NCBI RefSeq assembly: GCF_009834535.1
Contig: NC_045707.1
Location: 61,940,001-62,004,000, forward strand
Length of the DNA: 64,000 nucleotides
Reading direction: 5' to 3'
Source: Camelus ferus
Taxonomy: Eukaryota
The notes beneath the pieces were generated by a model. That model saw nothing but the letters and a program-made list of their open reading frames with translations, did no database searches and had not been told where the DNA came from. Made by a program: the position numbers and the translations under genes. Position 1 is the stretch's first letter. Each line of letters begins with the position of its first letter. Positions 26,545 to 40,004 of the stretch are shown here, in pieces.

Positions 26545-26750
26545 CCTTATGCCAGACACAGTACATTACAAATATTATCTCATTTAACCCTCCTAATAAC
26601 CTGTCTAAGAGATACTGTACCTGTTTTATAGATAAAGGCAACGAGGCTAGATTATGTACGCATTTTCAGTTCTCATAACCCACGAGAGCCGTAACTGGGG
26701 TTAAAACTAGGATTGTTTTCGTCTAAAGTTCATATGCATCCCACTCTGCT
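26545..26750 (-). mobile_element. MIR SINE
   Basis: attatctcatttaaccctcctaataacctg...ttttatagataaaggcaacgaggct. Confidence 0.75.
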
Positions 26751-29072
26751 AGCTTGTAGAATACCTGATTTCACCTTAAATGATATTAATTCTATACACT
26801 TGATAACACAAAGCTGTTTCTTGGCCTTCAGTGTCCTGACACCTATTACCTCGCCTCAGGTCCACAGGAATAAGCTAACAGTGTTCCACATATTACGATG
26901 TTAGTGTTATAATAAGCACAGTCACGCTAATTCTCTATTTTCTTTTGGTCTTGTCTTTCTTTCATTATCTATTTATCATCTTTCACTCTTCCTTTCCTCT
27001 CTCCTTCTCTCTTCTCTCTCCTTCTCCATCCATCTATCCGCCAAGTATTTGTGTAGTTTCATGTCTTCCTAACCATTATTGAATTTATAATGAGAGCAAG
27101 GACCACATTACATTTATCCCTGTTCCTACTGCTGTGGCATTAAAATGTGTTCAGTAGGAAAAAAAAAATGTAATCCTTTATTTATGACAGGATTACATTG
27201 GAAAGCAAATTGATGCCCAAGACTGTTGTAAATCAATGAAGCAACGGAGGAACCAAGGATTAAAAGGAATTTGCTGGTTCAATTTTCAATTCAGTGACAT
27301 TTTGTAGTTATAAAGGGTGAAATACACATGAAGAAAAAGAGACACCTGGCAGAGGAGAAATCATTATCTTTGTGATTTATTTTTTTCAGATGAGTCCATC
27401 CTTTAAACAGTGGTTTCTGCTAATATTGACTAATTCTCCACAATACAGAACTATTAACTTAATGACTCATACAGGTAAATTATATTTGCTTTTTATCTCT
27501 TTAATCAGCTTCATTCTCTTTTATTTATTCTATTTTTTTTAAGAAGTGAAAGTGGATGGTGATGATGAAGGAAAAGACTCCAGGAATAAGAAAGCCACGT
27601 TCCAATTCTGGCTATTTTAATTAGTAGATCTAAATTTTGGGGTGTCTCTTTGAGCCTCAATCATCTAATGTGAAGATTATAATATGTGACCTCTCTATAA
27701 AATTTTTAATTTACTGAAAATTATTGGCATAGCAGCAGAATAATATAGGCTTTGTTTTGTATGTAATTTAATAATCACAAAAAACATGTGATATGTTTAT
27801 CCTCATTTTATGTTGAATTAAGCTGAGCCATAAAACAGCTAAAATAATTTATGCAAACTAGTGTAAGTGGAACAACTGATATTCATATATGAGAAATTAG
27901 TAAATTGATTTTTGTTTTGTGTTGTTTTGGCACTTGGTTATACAACTGAAAAAAAAAAAAAAGATTCTCCAAATCAAGATGAAAACTAGTTTTCTATGGA
28001 GATATCTGCTGGAAGTCTTCTCATAGAAATTTTAATTTGTTCATTGAATTTTTCTGTGGATTCTGATGGAATTGCATAAAAGGCCATTCATAGCTTTCTA
28101 GAATCTCCCAGGTAGCACAGACAAATGTAATCTTTTCTTAGTCTGATGCTGTAGTACGTTCTTCAACACACTGAAGAACTGCCTCACTTACGAACATCTC
28201 CAGGTCCAGGAAGTTGCCTTCTTCCTGAAGACCACTGGATTTGTAAAGGCTTCTGTTGTTAAAATAAAGTTATTGAATATTTCTGTTTCAGAGTGGCACA
28301 GAATAAGCCTACACTTGTTGCCCATGAAATCTTTTCATATTTCAAGGACAATATTTCATAATTCTTTCATTGTCATGGCTAAGTATCCCATGTGTATTCG
28401 ATGGGTTCTCATTTTATAGGAACTTAGGTTCCTTCACCCATGTTAGTAACGCTTCTCTCTTTGTTTCTCTTTGTTACTATGCCTGAACATGAGTTAAAGT
28501 TTTGCCCCACAGAAAGATGGAGCAGATCTATCTTCACGTTTTCTTAAAATATTATTTTGTAATGAAGTATAAGCATGACTGAACATGGGAGACAATGGCT
28601 GTATAGTGCTGACTCTTACTAAGCTCACAAGCAATGACAAACCCTGGTTCTGTATTTCTTTTCCATATAGTCACATTTTATCATACAGTTTTTGCTTCTC
28701 AGTTTATTTTTAGACCTACTAGTTTCAGGACTCTGTAGTTATCCATATTACCTTTCTTTTTATTATTCAAACTTGATATGATTATTTTTATCTTATTCAA
28801 ATTGTTTGCTGTTTCTCCATAAACTCTGTCTTTCAAGTGATTAATATTTTTGAACAGGCACTTTTTGATATACAATCAGATTTTCTAACATCAGTTATTT
28901 TTGTCTACTTAATATAAATACATTATTTAGTAATCTTTTGGAGGCAGTATTCTACCAGTTTTGAAGTCTTCTAACTTTATTCCAAGTTTCAAGTTCTCCA
29001 TTAATGTCCACATGATATTTTAATAGACATTTGTAAAATTCTTGACATTCTTGACAAAATCCAGATTATAAC

Positions 29073-29286
29073 CAGGGATACGAAACTCGTAGGCACCGTT
29101 GGAATTCACAGTAGCTGAACAGTGTTTGGACTTCACGAGTTTAAAAAAATAGAAATTCAGTGACTTTGGGAGAGGTTTGCACTCTACTTTCCACAGGCCT
29201 CTGTACTCCTTACTGATTTAAACTTACTGCTTCACACATGTTTGTTTCTGGTCCGACCCCTAAAAACATTTGAGTTTGAGACTCTG
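29073..29286 (+). mobile_element. MER102-like hAT-Charlie element
   Basis: Termini cagggatacgaaact / tttgagtttgagactctg; internal gcactct...ccacag...gcttcacacat. Confidence 0.65.
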
Positions 29287-29775
29287 CATGATTCCTCTCA
29301 TTCACCAGCTTTTATCCACATAAGTCTTAGCAGTAGTCAGTTTATGAGCTGACTCCTAGGGTTTACCAGTTGTTTTCATTCTAAGTACACACATAATACT
29401 GTTAGAAAATTAACTCTTGAATACTTTCCTGGTTAAATATCAGTTACATATCTAACTGGTTAAATATTACTAATCTTGCATCCAACGGCTCTACCCTCCT
29501 GAGAAGTGTGGCTCTATTTTTTCATCTCTAATCTTCACATTCCTCACAGTTAAGAAAATACTGTGGTTAGCAGTGGTAACGTCTCATGAAATTTTTTTCA
29601 GCGCTTTGGGATTTAATTTTTCCAAACAAGAAAACCTATACTTCATTTAGAGCAGCTAGGAAAAAAACCTAAAATCCTGCACTCATCTTGGGATTCAATT
29701 CCATCTGAATAATGTTTCCTCAGACTCGAGATGGCAGTATGTCAGTTATTCCTGAGAAGGAAGAAGGTACGAAGT

Positions 29776-30320
29776 AGGAGTTGAAAATGGTACTTTAGTT
29801 AACATTAAATCATTAGTTCCCATTGACCAAGATGGCCTTAATACTCTCCTAGGCGTCACTTCATTTTAGACAAGTTTCTTCCTGACCAAAGGCCTCTGAC
29901 CTCCCTTTTCTTAGAGCTTTTACTTTAGAAAACTTGCAATTGTAAATTCTTTCCCTACCCTTTTGAGATGTAAATGTTTTCCAAGCCGCTGGCGAGTTTT
30001 ACAACCCAGGAATGTCTTTCTTGGGGACCTGGAATCCAATCCTCTGAAATGTAATCATCAAAAAAGATAGTACCCCTATCTTCCAGTTCCCAAAGTAGGA
30101 ACCTAACTTCACTAGGAACCAGTTAGCAAACAGACAGCCTAAGCACTTCGACCAAACTCCCTGCTAATGTTGGCCGGCCCTTTCCCAGCCCTTGCTCTGC
30201 CCCGTGTCAAATACTCTCTGCCTTCCATTTCAGGGGACTTGAATTGTATCTCTTTCCTCTATTGCAACAGTCCTCAATAGTATCTTCCTTGCCTATGTCT
30301 GGTGCAATTGTTCGTTGACA
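29776..30320 (+). mobile_element. ERV1 solo LTR (MER89/MER90-like)
   Basis: ctgacctcccttttcttagagcttttactttagaaaacttgcaattgtaaattc...acaacccaggaatgtctttc...gaaatgtaatcatc; ends in ...tgaca. Confidence 0.75.
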
Positions 30321-30399
30321 TCATTAACCTGGCTACCTTAAAAAAAAGTTGAAGTCCTTTACTTGAATAGTAGGAACATTTATTGTGCGCTGCTTGCCA

Positions 30400-30570
30400 G
30401 ACTTCTAGCATCTTCACAGTAAGACCAAAGGGAAAGTTCCATTATTGCCCCTGATTTGAAGGTCAGCAAACTAGACTCAGAGAATTTGCTTATTTGTTTA
30501 AGATTAAGTCGCAAAAGGCAAAGATACCAACTCCAGACCTCATGCATTTCACTGCGAGGCTAATCTGCAT
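30400..30570 (-). mobile_element. MIR SINE
   Basis: attattgcccctgatttgaagg...aactagactcagagaatttgc. Confidence 0.5.
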
Positions 30571-31467
30571 AGTTTCAAGCAGTATTTAAAACTAATTATT
30601 CCTCAGTTCAGCCTTCCTTTTTTTAAGAGTCATATTTATCTTCAAGCTTTGCTTATTTGTCCTTATCCTATGTTTTGAAATGTGCCTTTAAAACCTGGAC
30701 TTTCAGTTCATTCTTTATTTTCATTCTAGTAGTTTGATGTTCCACTTAGAGTGGCAGCCTACACTCATCCTTAGTCTCAACTTTTACGATTTATCTTTCT
30801 CAAGTTTGAAGTACATTTCTCACATTCCCCCTTGGAACAATCACTAACTTGAACATGACGTTGTCTCGTTCTCCAAAGGTTAAACAACATGTGTTCATTT
30901 CCTAAATAATGTAGTGAGGCATATAAGGTAAACTGCAGTAGCAAAAGCAGCAAGATCAGACTGCTGAGAGGGGACGTTTGTAGTTGTGATATAGATGACA
31001 CTGTCTGTAGAATTTATTCCTTGTTGGAAATGACAAAAAGAATAGCCTCGTAACAATCCACTAGACCTTCTCAAATGTCCACAGTGTGTAAGCTGATCAT
31101 CACCCACCCTTGGGCCTTCAGGGAACATTAGATCGCTGGGTTTTTTTTTTTTTTTTTTTTGGTTTCTTTGTTACCTTAACTCTTTCATTTTTTAGTAACA
31201 ATGGTTCTTTCCAAAAACGTATCCTAATTTTACATATGATATCATTTTATAAAATAATTTATGGATATTTTGATTTGTAAGCGATTATTCACTGAAAAAG
31301 CCTTACACCTTTTTTTGGTTTATTAATTGGAAGAAAAATTTGCTATTTTTCTTTATTCTTCAAAAACATCCTTTGATTAGAATAAGGATAATTTGTATCT
31401 TAGAGTTGTGACTTACAGATAAATACTTTTATTTTTGGCAAATGCCAGTCAATAAAAAAAGAGTTCC

Positions 31468-31493
31468 ACACACACAAACACACACACATACAC
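31468..31493. repeat. Imperfect (CA)n microsatellite
   Basis: Directly visible. Confidence 0.9.
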
Positions 31494-33574
31494 TTTACTG
31501 TATACAGTTCAAGATCTACCCGACAACCCATCACTACCAGAGAGGTAAACTGACTTTGTTAATATACATTGTCCCATGTTTAATCTTTGGATGCCTTTCA
31601 GGAAATCTCTGTGAAAAATAACTTACAAAGTGGAAAAATTTAAAAAAATGAATTTTATTAAGAAAACTTTAACGCGACTGTAAGTTAAAATCTAATTTGA
31701 AAGGAAAGCATGAAGTCTCATTTGAAAACAGGAAGCTTCCTTCTCTCTGAAAATGCAAGGTACATTTTCTTCTGTGGAATTTAATAAGCTGATGTGAATC
31801 AGTATGTTAGCATTCTGCCCAGAAGTGGGAAAAGCAAAACGATCTCGCTGGCTAAAACGGTGACATGTAATTACTCATTCTCAAAAGAAATCATTAACAC
31901 TACAGCATTTTCAAAGGTACCTTTGCCTAGACATGATATCTATCTTGAAGAGTATTATTTAATGAAGAATATTCTGCCATCCTTTGGATTTTAGCTGAAT
32001 ATACAACAAACCAGAAACCAATCTTCAAGTAGACGGTCAGTCTGTTTACTTATGACAGTCTCATATGAGATATGAGACATGGAAGGTCACTGAATAAACT
32101 AGTACAACAATCCAGCCCCAATATTCCTCATTTTAAAAAAGTTTTATTTGAAATGCCAATTACCTGTCTTTTCCCCCTTTCCCCCATTAACCTGGCTTAT
32201 AATATAGGCAATACCTTCTGTAGGAAAAAAAAGAAAACTTCTCACTGACCTAAATGAAAAATATTTGCAGTAAAAGATGGATGAATATGTACGTCGAAGT
32301 GTACAGGGGTGATATTGTGAATTCTGTACTAACCAAAGTTATACACTTTTCTATAATTTAAGTGAGAAAAGTTCACCACTGTGTGACCTGTGTTCATGCT
32401 TTACAAACTTGCTTGCTTGTTTCAGCCGCCTCTGCCCGATTCCCCACTGCAGATGAGACGTTTCAACAGATGTTTCAGACTACAGTCTATGAGTGTATCT
32501 TACCTGAAATACCATCTTATGAAAATTAATGGTATTTTTATTTAATACTAATTACAGAAATCCACTATGATAAATGAAAAAAAAAATCTTGATTATTCAA
32601 GGTGCAGTGAACTGCAGTGGCCTATTACTACATTATTGTTTCTGTTCTGAGGACACTAGGTGACAAATTTCTGACCAATTCAATTTTAAAGCTTATTCCA
32701 AATAGTTTAATTTGTAATTTTACATAAGAAATCTACTTTTTGCCATGGATGTTATAATTCTTATTAATGTGTAGGTGCAGGAAGTATGAATGGAGGCTGA
32801 TAAAAAATCTCTAATAAGACAAATGCAGCATTAAAAAAAAACTTGAAAGTAAGTTAAGCTTACTTGAGGACAGCATTTAAGAAGTAAGATGAAGAAAGCA
32901 AAGGCATTGATTGTTTAGAACAACCGATTTATACGTGATTTGAGAAGGATTTATACCTCACTCCAACGTTCCATGTTATTAGTTTGCATTAGGAATTCAG
33001 AGTCAGTGTTTCACGAATATTCTTTTTGCACGTGTGCTTATGATCTGTTTCCTTGCTACCGTCTGTATTATTGCCTCATGGTAAGAGCATTAGCTGATCG
33101 ACTGGGAAAAGCCTAATGTCCACAGGTGTTTTTCGAAGGATACTGGGACTTATCGTTGCAGTTCATTGGCAGAAATTTTACCATTAGGCTCCCTCCTGCA
33201 GGAGAAGGCAGGAGTGACGGATGTCGTGGGGGAGGTGGTGTAGAAACAGAGTGGCGATGAAAGACGTGCAAAGCATCGACCCAGGACCATTTGCAGAGCT
33301 TATTTTAGAGCAACAGTTTAGACTGACAATTGAAATGAGTTCAAAATGGACAGATCAAGTAAATATCATAAAAGGGTTTGTAGGGGAGACTTTTAAAACT
33401 CTGATTCTTAGTTAAATCCAGTTGATGATATGATAATGGTATTGACTAACTGAGAAAATAATTTTTTAAAAAGGCTCCATATACACCTAAAAGTAAAACA
33501 TGCCCGGAAGAACTTATTGAGGAGTATTTTATCGTCCGCTTAATTTCCCACTTATACTTTATCCATTGTTTAAA

Positions 33575-33785
33575 ATGTGTTGACACTGTACTAAGCATGC
33601 TGATTGTATTCATTAATTTTTACAACATTCTTTATGAGGTATGGATTGATACTAAACCCATTTTAAGGTGCACAACTGCAGCACAGAAAAATAACTTTTC
33701 AAAGAAACACAGCTAGGAAGGGATGGAACCAGAATACAAACCCATTTAGTTTCATTCCAGAATATATTCTTAACTTATCTGCTAA
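33575..33785 (-). mobile_element. MIR SINE
   Basis: tatgaggta...cccattttaaggtgcacaactgcagcacaga...acacagctaggaagggatggaaccagaatacaaaccca. Confidence 0.75.
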
Positions 33786-34491
33786 ATTGTAGCTGACCAT
33801 TCGAAAAATTAATTGAATTCCTATGTTTGAAAGAAATATTTTCTTCTTTCATTGAACTACAAACGACTTAGAATATTAAACCATGTATTAAAATGAGCAT
33901 AAGAAGAGTATTTAATAAAATGATTTTTGCCTGACGATAAGCAATCATTGAAAAGTGAAAACATTTTTTTAGATTAAAAAAATGGGTAGGATTTTAATAG
34001 GTATTGACTAAGAGGATACTTCAGAAAAGACAAAGTCAAGAGTACAGAAGAGAAATGGTTTATAGTATACTTGGAGAATAATAATATGTACTGTTTCTCT
34101 GAAGAGTAGAGCATTTTATTTAGTGAGTACTTATAAGAGATAAAACTCTTATATTTGGGTCCAAATCTTGAAGATCTTGAAAGCATGTTTAAAAAGATGA
34201 GACTTGGATCTTTTGAGAATGGGAAATAGTTATAGTGACTTAAACCTAGATTAAATGTGTGATTTGTGAATATTATTTAGTAGCATCTTATAATAGAAAA
34301 TGTCATGTGGAAGAGAGGTTTAGTTGAGAAGACAGCACAGTTCAAAACCAAATATTTTATTGTAAAAAATACATAAATAATAATGTAGATTAAAAGTCAG
34401 GGTTTTGAAAGTAGAAATTTGGTTGTAGATTTCCACTTCTAAATATTCAAATTATTTTAAAAACTCTTAGGAGTTTTGATTAAAGTAGAAT

Positions 34492-34760
34492 ACACAAACA
34501 CAAACTTGTGGTTGCCAGAGGGGAAGGGGGTGGGAAGGGACAGACTGGGAGTTCAAAATTTGTAGATACTGACAGGCATATGTAGAGTAGATAAACAAGA
34601 CTATACTGTATAGCACGGGAAATATATACAAGATCTTGTGGTAGCTCACAGTGAAAAAGAATGCAACAATGAATACATGTATTCAGTTCATATAACTGAA
34701 AAACTGTGCTCCACATTGGAAATTGACACAACATTGTAAACTGACTATAACTCAAAAAAA
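34492..34760 (+). mobile_element. Young camelid-type L1 3' end
   Basis: G-rich tract ggggaagggggtgggaaggg, ...gaaattgacacaacattgtaaactgactataactc plus A tail; approximate TSD aaagtagaatac / aaggtagactatac. Confidence 0.92.
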
Positions 34761-36954
34761 AGGTAGACTATACATTAGAGAATGCATATTACCAGCTAAT
34801 TTATCAGAAAATTCCATAATTTTTACGAATTTCTTGTACTTCTAGTATCTTTTCCTACTTCATGGAAAGCACATTAAGAATATTATTCTGAAGACACATT
34901 GATTTAGTCAGTAAAGAAGAAATTCTTTGATATGATTAAGGTATTGCATTCAAAAGTATTTTTTTTCATCTCCATAAGATGCTTTTTGGTCATTAATAAT
35001 AATCTCTTTCATAATTCATACCTATATTTGAGCAACTTGGTGAAAACATTCTAGAGAAATGCTGTGTTACATTGTATACATTTTACTTTAAGAACAAAAT
35101 TTAAATTCTTTTGAGTACAGATGTTTTTGAAACCTGTAGAAGAAATTCACAGCTTCTATCAATTCTTCTCATTCTTATAATTATTTATTTCTTAGGAGTC
35201 AGAGTTCTATGAGTTTTATGATTTTCCCCAGTGCTTAGTATTAGGCAGTTGAGATGCTAATTGCAAACCCTCTGTATGAGAATATTGCCAAGTCCACAAG
35301 AGGCAGCTGTGAGAGTTCTTGCTGTCCCATCACCACTTTTCAGAACTTTAAGGCCACAAAAAAAGGGTTCTTCTTAGAATATAGGGTTGAATAAAATCTG
35401 TCTTGAAAAGACTGGTCTTGAGCACCAGCATACAAATTTGCACTATTGAATGCAGGTTTCATGTCTGTAATTCAACCTCTCCAGGTTAAGTGTCTCTCTT
35501 TCGCACTCCCCAACCATTCTGTATTGTCCATTTTCACTCTGGAACAGGTCTTTCTGTTCATTTGTCTCTAAAGCAACTGTGAACACCTTGACGGAGCTTC
35601 TTTTAATTTTAATTTTCTGGAGGTTAAAAATTGTACCTGGAACTCAATAAATACATGCTGAATGGATGAAGGAGATGATTGCCTGGTTGAAAAACAAGTA
35701 CAGATGAGAAAAGCTGGGTCGATAAAGCTAGAAGTAATGCATTTTTCAACGTGCTTTGGCTTCACCAGGAATCACAGAAGAGCCAGAGACAACTTTATTA
35801 GTTAGTGAAGAATTTTATTGCTGAAACAATATTTCCTCAGTCTTACGCCACTGCCTCATTGAGTTTTTCTCGAAAATCTGTGTTCCGGCTGCCTTGCCTC
35901 TGGCTGGAGTCAGTCAGTAAAGACAAGCCATAAATCGCTTCTTCCACGTGTCGCTTCAGCCCTCATTCATGGCTGAGGACCCCGGGCTCGCCAGGACCTC
36001 CGGTGCACTCAAAGCCTCAGGGCTCCTTCTCAACCACTATTGTAATTTCCCATGGCTGTAATATATTATAGGTATGAAGACAGTGCTACGGGGTGATGTG
36101 GAATTTGTTAACATAGCAGTATATTTCTGGTTAGGTTTCTGGGAGAATTAAGACACCACCTGCCCACATGCAGTATGAAAGTAAAGGAAGACATGAAATC
36201 ACATAAATCCGATTACTAATGTTAGGAGTATCTGAAGCAAGATTAAAATAATATTTGACCTAGGGATACAGAGATGTCTTAATACCGCCTTTGACCTCTC
36301 ACCTCATTGCACAAGGTTCCCAAAGCTAAGTATAAAATATAATGAGGCTTTGGTCTCAGATTCTAGTGCAGACCTTAGTGGGTGAAGATCGACTAAATAA
36401 GGAGTGCCCTTTGTCTTTGCCGGAGGCAGGAGGGCCTCCAAACCAGAGAGCTTTCCTTGAGGCTTGAAGCAGAGCTGGCTTTATCCTAGATCTTAGGCGC
36501 TGCCAGGATTGTAGCAAGAGATATGCTTAATTTAAAAGAATCGGAGAGACTAATAGCTTTTTTCCCTCTCCTTAGATTGAATTCCACTCTTTGATTACTT
36601 TAGCCACAACGAAAATTTGAGACGAGGGTTGTAACGGTTACTTGCTCAGGTTTACCTGGGTACAGGGAAAGCTCTGCCCACTTTTTACTTCTGAGTAGAA
36701 AGCTGGATAGCTCTGAATGTACTTCCCCGAGATCCCTAAGATAATGTGATGTGGGCTGTAAAACATTACAGTTTCAAAGTTGGGTTAAAACAGGACATGA
36801 TCTTGATGATAAAGATTCTTTAGAATGATAAACCCATAGCAGCCTAAAAGCACCTAGTGGCCAGTCTGTAGAACAAGTCAGAAAGAAGAATGTGTATTAT
36901 GGCAAAATGGAATTATTTTTTGCCAGAGCAAAAGGGACATAAGAGAAATGTGGA

Positions 36955-37092
36955 CAGTGATGGAAATAAATGTCCCAGTCTTGACTGTGTTGGTGATTAC
37001 ACTGCTACACACATTTGTCAAGCCTCATCAAACTATACCCTTAAAAAATGACTATTTTATATGTAAATGATATTTCAATAAATAGATTTGAA
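36955..37092 (+). mobile_element. L1MC/MB-type extreme 3' end
   Basis: tgatggaaat...tcttgactgtgttggtgattacac...catttgtcaa...atgtaaatgatatttcaataaa. Confidence 0.75.
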
Positions 37093-38861
37093 ATATATAT
37101 TAATTATTCTTTAAAAATTTCTTTAACATTGTTTCTTAGTAAGCCACCATAACTGTATCTCTGTCTCACACAGGCACTCACACAAACACACATATGCAGA
37201 TTTTTTTCTTCCAGTTTTCCTTCCCTGCCACCTCCAAGATCTGCCCTCTGGATAACACTCAACAAAAATATGTGAATTGTGGATGTGGTTTCTATCTTTT
37301 GTAAACCTGAATCTTTTAAAAGCAAATCCCAAATGAAAATTCCAATGAAATAAAAATCTGTGTCTTCCCGTGATTATTAGCTCCCTGTTAGATAATTTCC
37401 CAAATTCTCAAATATCAGGTAGGTAGGACAGAATCTAACTTAAATTCTTGTCTAGTTAATCCAGGTTTCTATTGGCTCCCTAAAAAGAGTTTACCCGTGA
37501 CCACTAATCATTTCCCTGGAGTTTAAGCTGCTTGTGGAAGGAGAAAAAGGGGGTGGGAGAATGAGCAAATAATTTTGTTTAAAAACAGCAGGTAATCTTA
37601 GCTGATTTTACAAACTGAATATCTTACCATGATAGAGCCTGTCCCAGGAAAAAAATGCACATATACAATTTTATTTGCATGCACCTTTATGAAGCTTGTG
37701 GACAATGTCAAGACTAAAGAAAATGAGAGAGAATGCTTTCTCTAAGGGAGCAGCAAAGACCCTCAAGTGCCCCTGAAAATATCTTTCTTTAGTGCCTGGC
37801 TCATCATGGAATTAAGTGCATTGATGACTAGTGACCATGAGGATAATGACACTTCTTTTCTCAGTAAAGGTAACATTTCAGAATGTAGTTTAATTTTTCG
37901 TTTTTCTATTTCCAAAGTAGCAACACAGGGCAGGAATGAGAACATGATGCAATTTGAAAAACATGACATTAGGAAATGGATGAAAACTCGAATGGCACTT
38001 TCAAAGTTGTTGCCTTGCTGTGTTTTATTTTCTTCAGATATCGTATGTTCTTAGCAAAATGTACTGCCACCCTGCAATTAATCGATTTGCAGCAGTGTGA
38101 GTTTGCACTGCCAGAGACATTTTTTCTAAGTATTCACCGATTTCGCAGATCAACAGAATGGTATAACCAAGGGCCAGATCATTTCTGTGACTGGCATTCT
38201 TTTTGCTCCAGACATCTTTTCATAAATAATGCTATAAATAAATATTAGCAATAATTAAAAGGGAAAAAATACTTGATCTTAAACATAGCTGAATTTATAT
38301 ACTTTTATATAGGGAACATAGCTTCAACTTCCAATTATCCATGGCAATGGTGAACAGATTGTTGATGAGCTCAAATATTGACAAGTAAGATACAAATGGC
38401 TTTACCACTAAATAAGCCAGTTTCTTTCCTCATCAATTTTTTTCAACACTACTAAAAATAACAACCAGTTGGAGCAAGTAGTCAACAAAAGTATTTCTGA
38501 TGAAATGTCCTGTGGAGTTAGTGATTACTTAGGATGTGAGTAAAAAGTAATCAGAGAGAGAGATGGGGCATTGAAATGTCTACAAAGAAGAACCAGTCTC
38601 AGTAGAGCAAAACAGTAGTTACCTCAGCGAGGTCTTTGTTTAGGATTTCCTTTTATCTTTGTTGCATATTCTTTACCCAATTACTGATTTTGTGGTGGAA
38701 GATTGGAATGACGGGAAATAGCTCTCAGTAAGCTTACTGCCTCATTGTATTCCCTAGGGTGACTACTCAGGCATTTCTACAGCTCATCAAAGCCTCATTC
38801 CACACTCATTGCTTTATCTGATTTCTTAGTAGGTTCCATACCTCTTGTTTTGTAGACCAAA

Positions 38862-38992
38862 GACATTACCACTTATGAGCTACACGATTTCTGGTAAATT
38901 TCTTAAGAGTTCTGTTAATCCTTTAGTTTCCTCATTTGTGGGTTTAGTTTCTGGTGGGTTTAATGAAGCAATAGATGTAAAGTGTTTAGTAC
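38862..38992 (+). mobile_element. MIR SINE (remainder at about 39530-39580), interrupted by an LTR
   Basis: ccacttatgagctacacg...tagtttcctcatttgtg...gatgtaaagtgtttagtac; the 3' end resumes agtccctgagatactgtaag. Confidence 0.7.
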
Positions 38993-39529
38993 TGTTAACC
39001 AAAATTTCAGAAACAAAGACCCAATTGAAATAGAGAGGCATTTATTTGGCGTTTGTTGGGACTGCAGCCCAGGGGACAGAGTCAAGAAGCACTTGAATTG
39101 GGTTCCACTGGACTACATAATGGGGGAGGCTTATAAAGGCAAAAAATAAAACAAAATAAAATACAAATAAAATAAAATAAAATAAAAAAATCACAAGGTT
39201 ACATAGCATAAACTGTCAAGAATTACAGTTGAAGCTGGCAAGAATGGTGCTTGTTAAGCAAGGATTGACTGGGGTCTGAAATGATTACATACTTGCAAAG
39301 AGGGGAGGAACTCTGAAACTACGAGCTTGCAGCTAACAGTTGCTAGCAGATGTTTTGGTCATGTCCCTAAGTTTGATACAGTTCCAAGTTGGAATCAGAG
39401 AAAATTCCAAGTTCTCAGTGATGCAGGAATGTGTCTGAAACCGTCCACAATGGCCACCACGCTCCATTCTGGATGCCTAAGCCACTGTTACTCCACTCTG
39501 ATTTTTAAATGATCTTAAATATTTCATCA
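38993..39529 (-). mobile_element. ERV1-type solo LTR (family not identified)
   Basis: TG...CA termini; 4-bp TSD gtac/gtgc; antisense poly(A)-signal-like tttatt near the left end; splits a MIR; contains (AAAAT)n. Confidence 0.75.
39141..39190. repeat. (AAAAT)n microsatellite
   Basis: Directly visible. Confidence 0.9.
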
Positions 39530-40004
39530 GTGCAGTCCCTGAGATACTGTAAGGGCCAATATGTTAATTGTGTTATTGATATTTTTGTATCTCTACACCC
39601 AAATTTGTTAGCCCTCTCAAAATTTCTTCTTCTAAAATTTCACCCATATTCTTTCCATTTTTCAGTCTTGGGAAAAGAAGACTCTCTCCTTTCCAGTGTT
39701 ATATTAAACTTAATTTAAAAACATTTTTAAAAGTCTGACGATTTGATGGCCCAGAACAAATCATCCACTGGTGGTTGTTTTCCAAGTATATTTTAAGTTT
39801 CTTAACCTAGCATTCACCATTTTTATCTATCTCCCCCAAATTTATAGCTATCAATCTTCCCAGAATAGGCTTGTTTTTACTTTTCCATCTTAGTATTATT
39901 GCTTTTTTCATTTCTCCAGAATGTTCTGCTGTCCGCCAGTCACAATCTTCTCTTATTCAACATTCAAGCAGCATTCACAGAGAATTATTATGTGCCAGAC
40001 ACAT

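Noticed and set aside
30777..31001. Small ORF with a Leu run resembling a signal peptide
   Set aside because: Non-ATG start; the Leu run derives from low-complexity gca/gcag-type sequence; no homology recognised
31141..31160. Long homopolymers (also 1749-1766, 6491-6502, 22085-22108) as processed-pseudogene tails
   Set aside because: No adjacent mRNA-like body, poly(A) signal or TSD
34519..34549. Canonical G-quadruplex motif
   Set aside because: Ordinary G-rich tract of the L1 3'UTR
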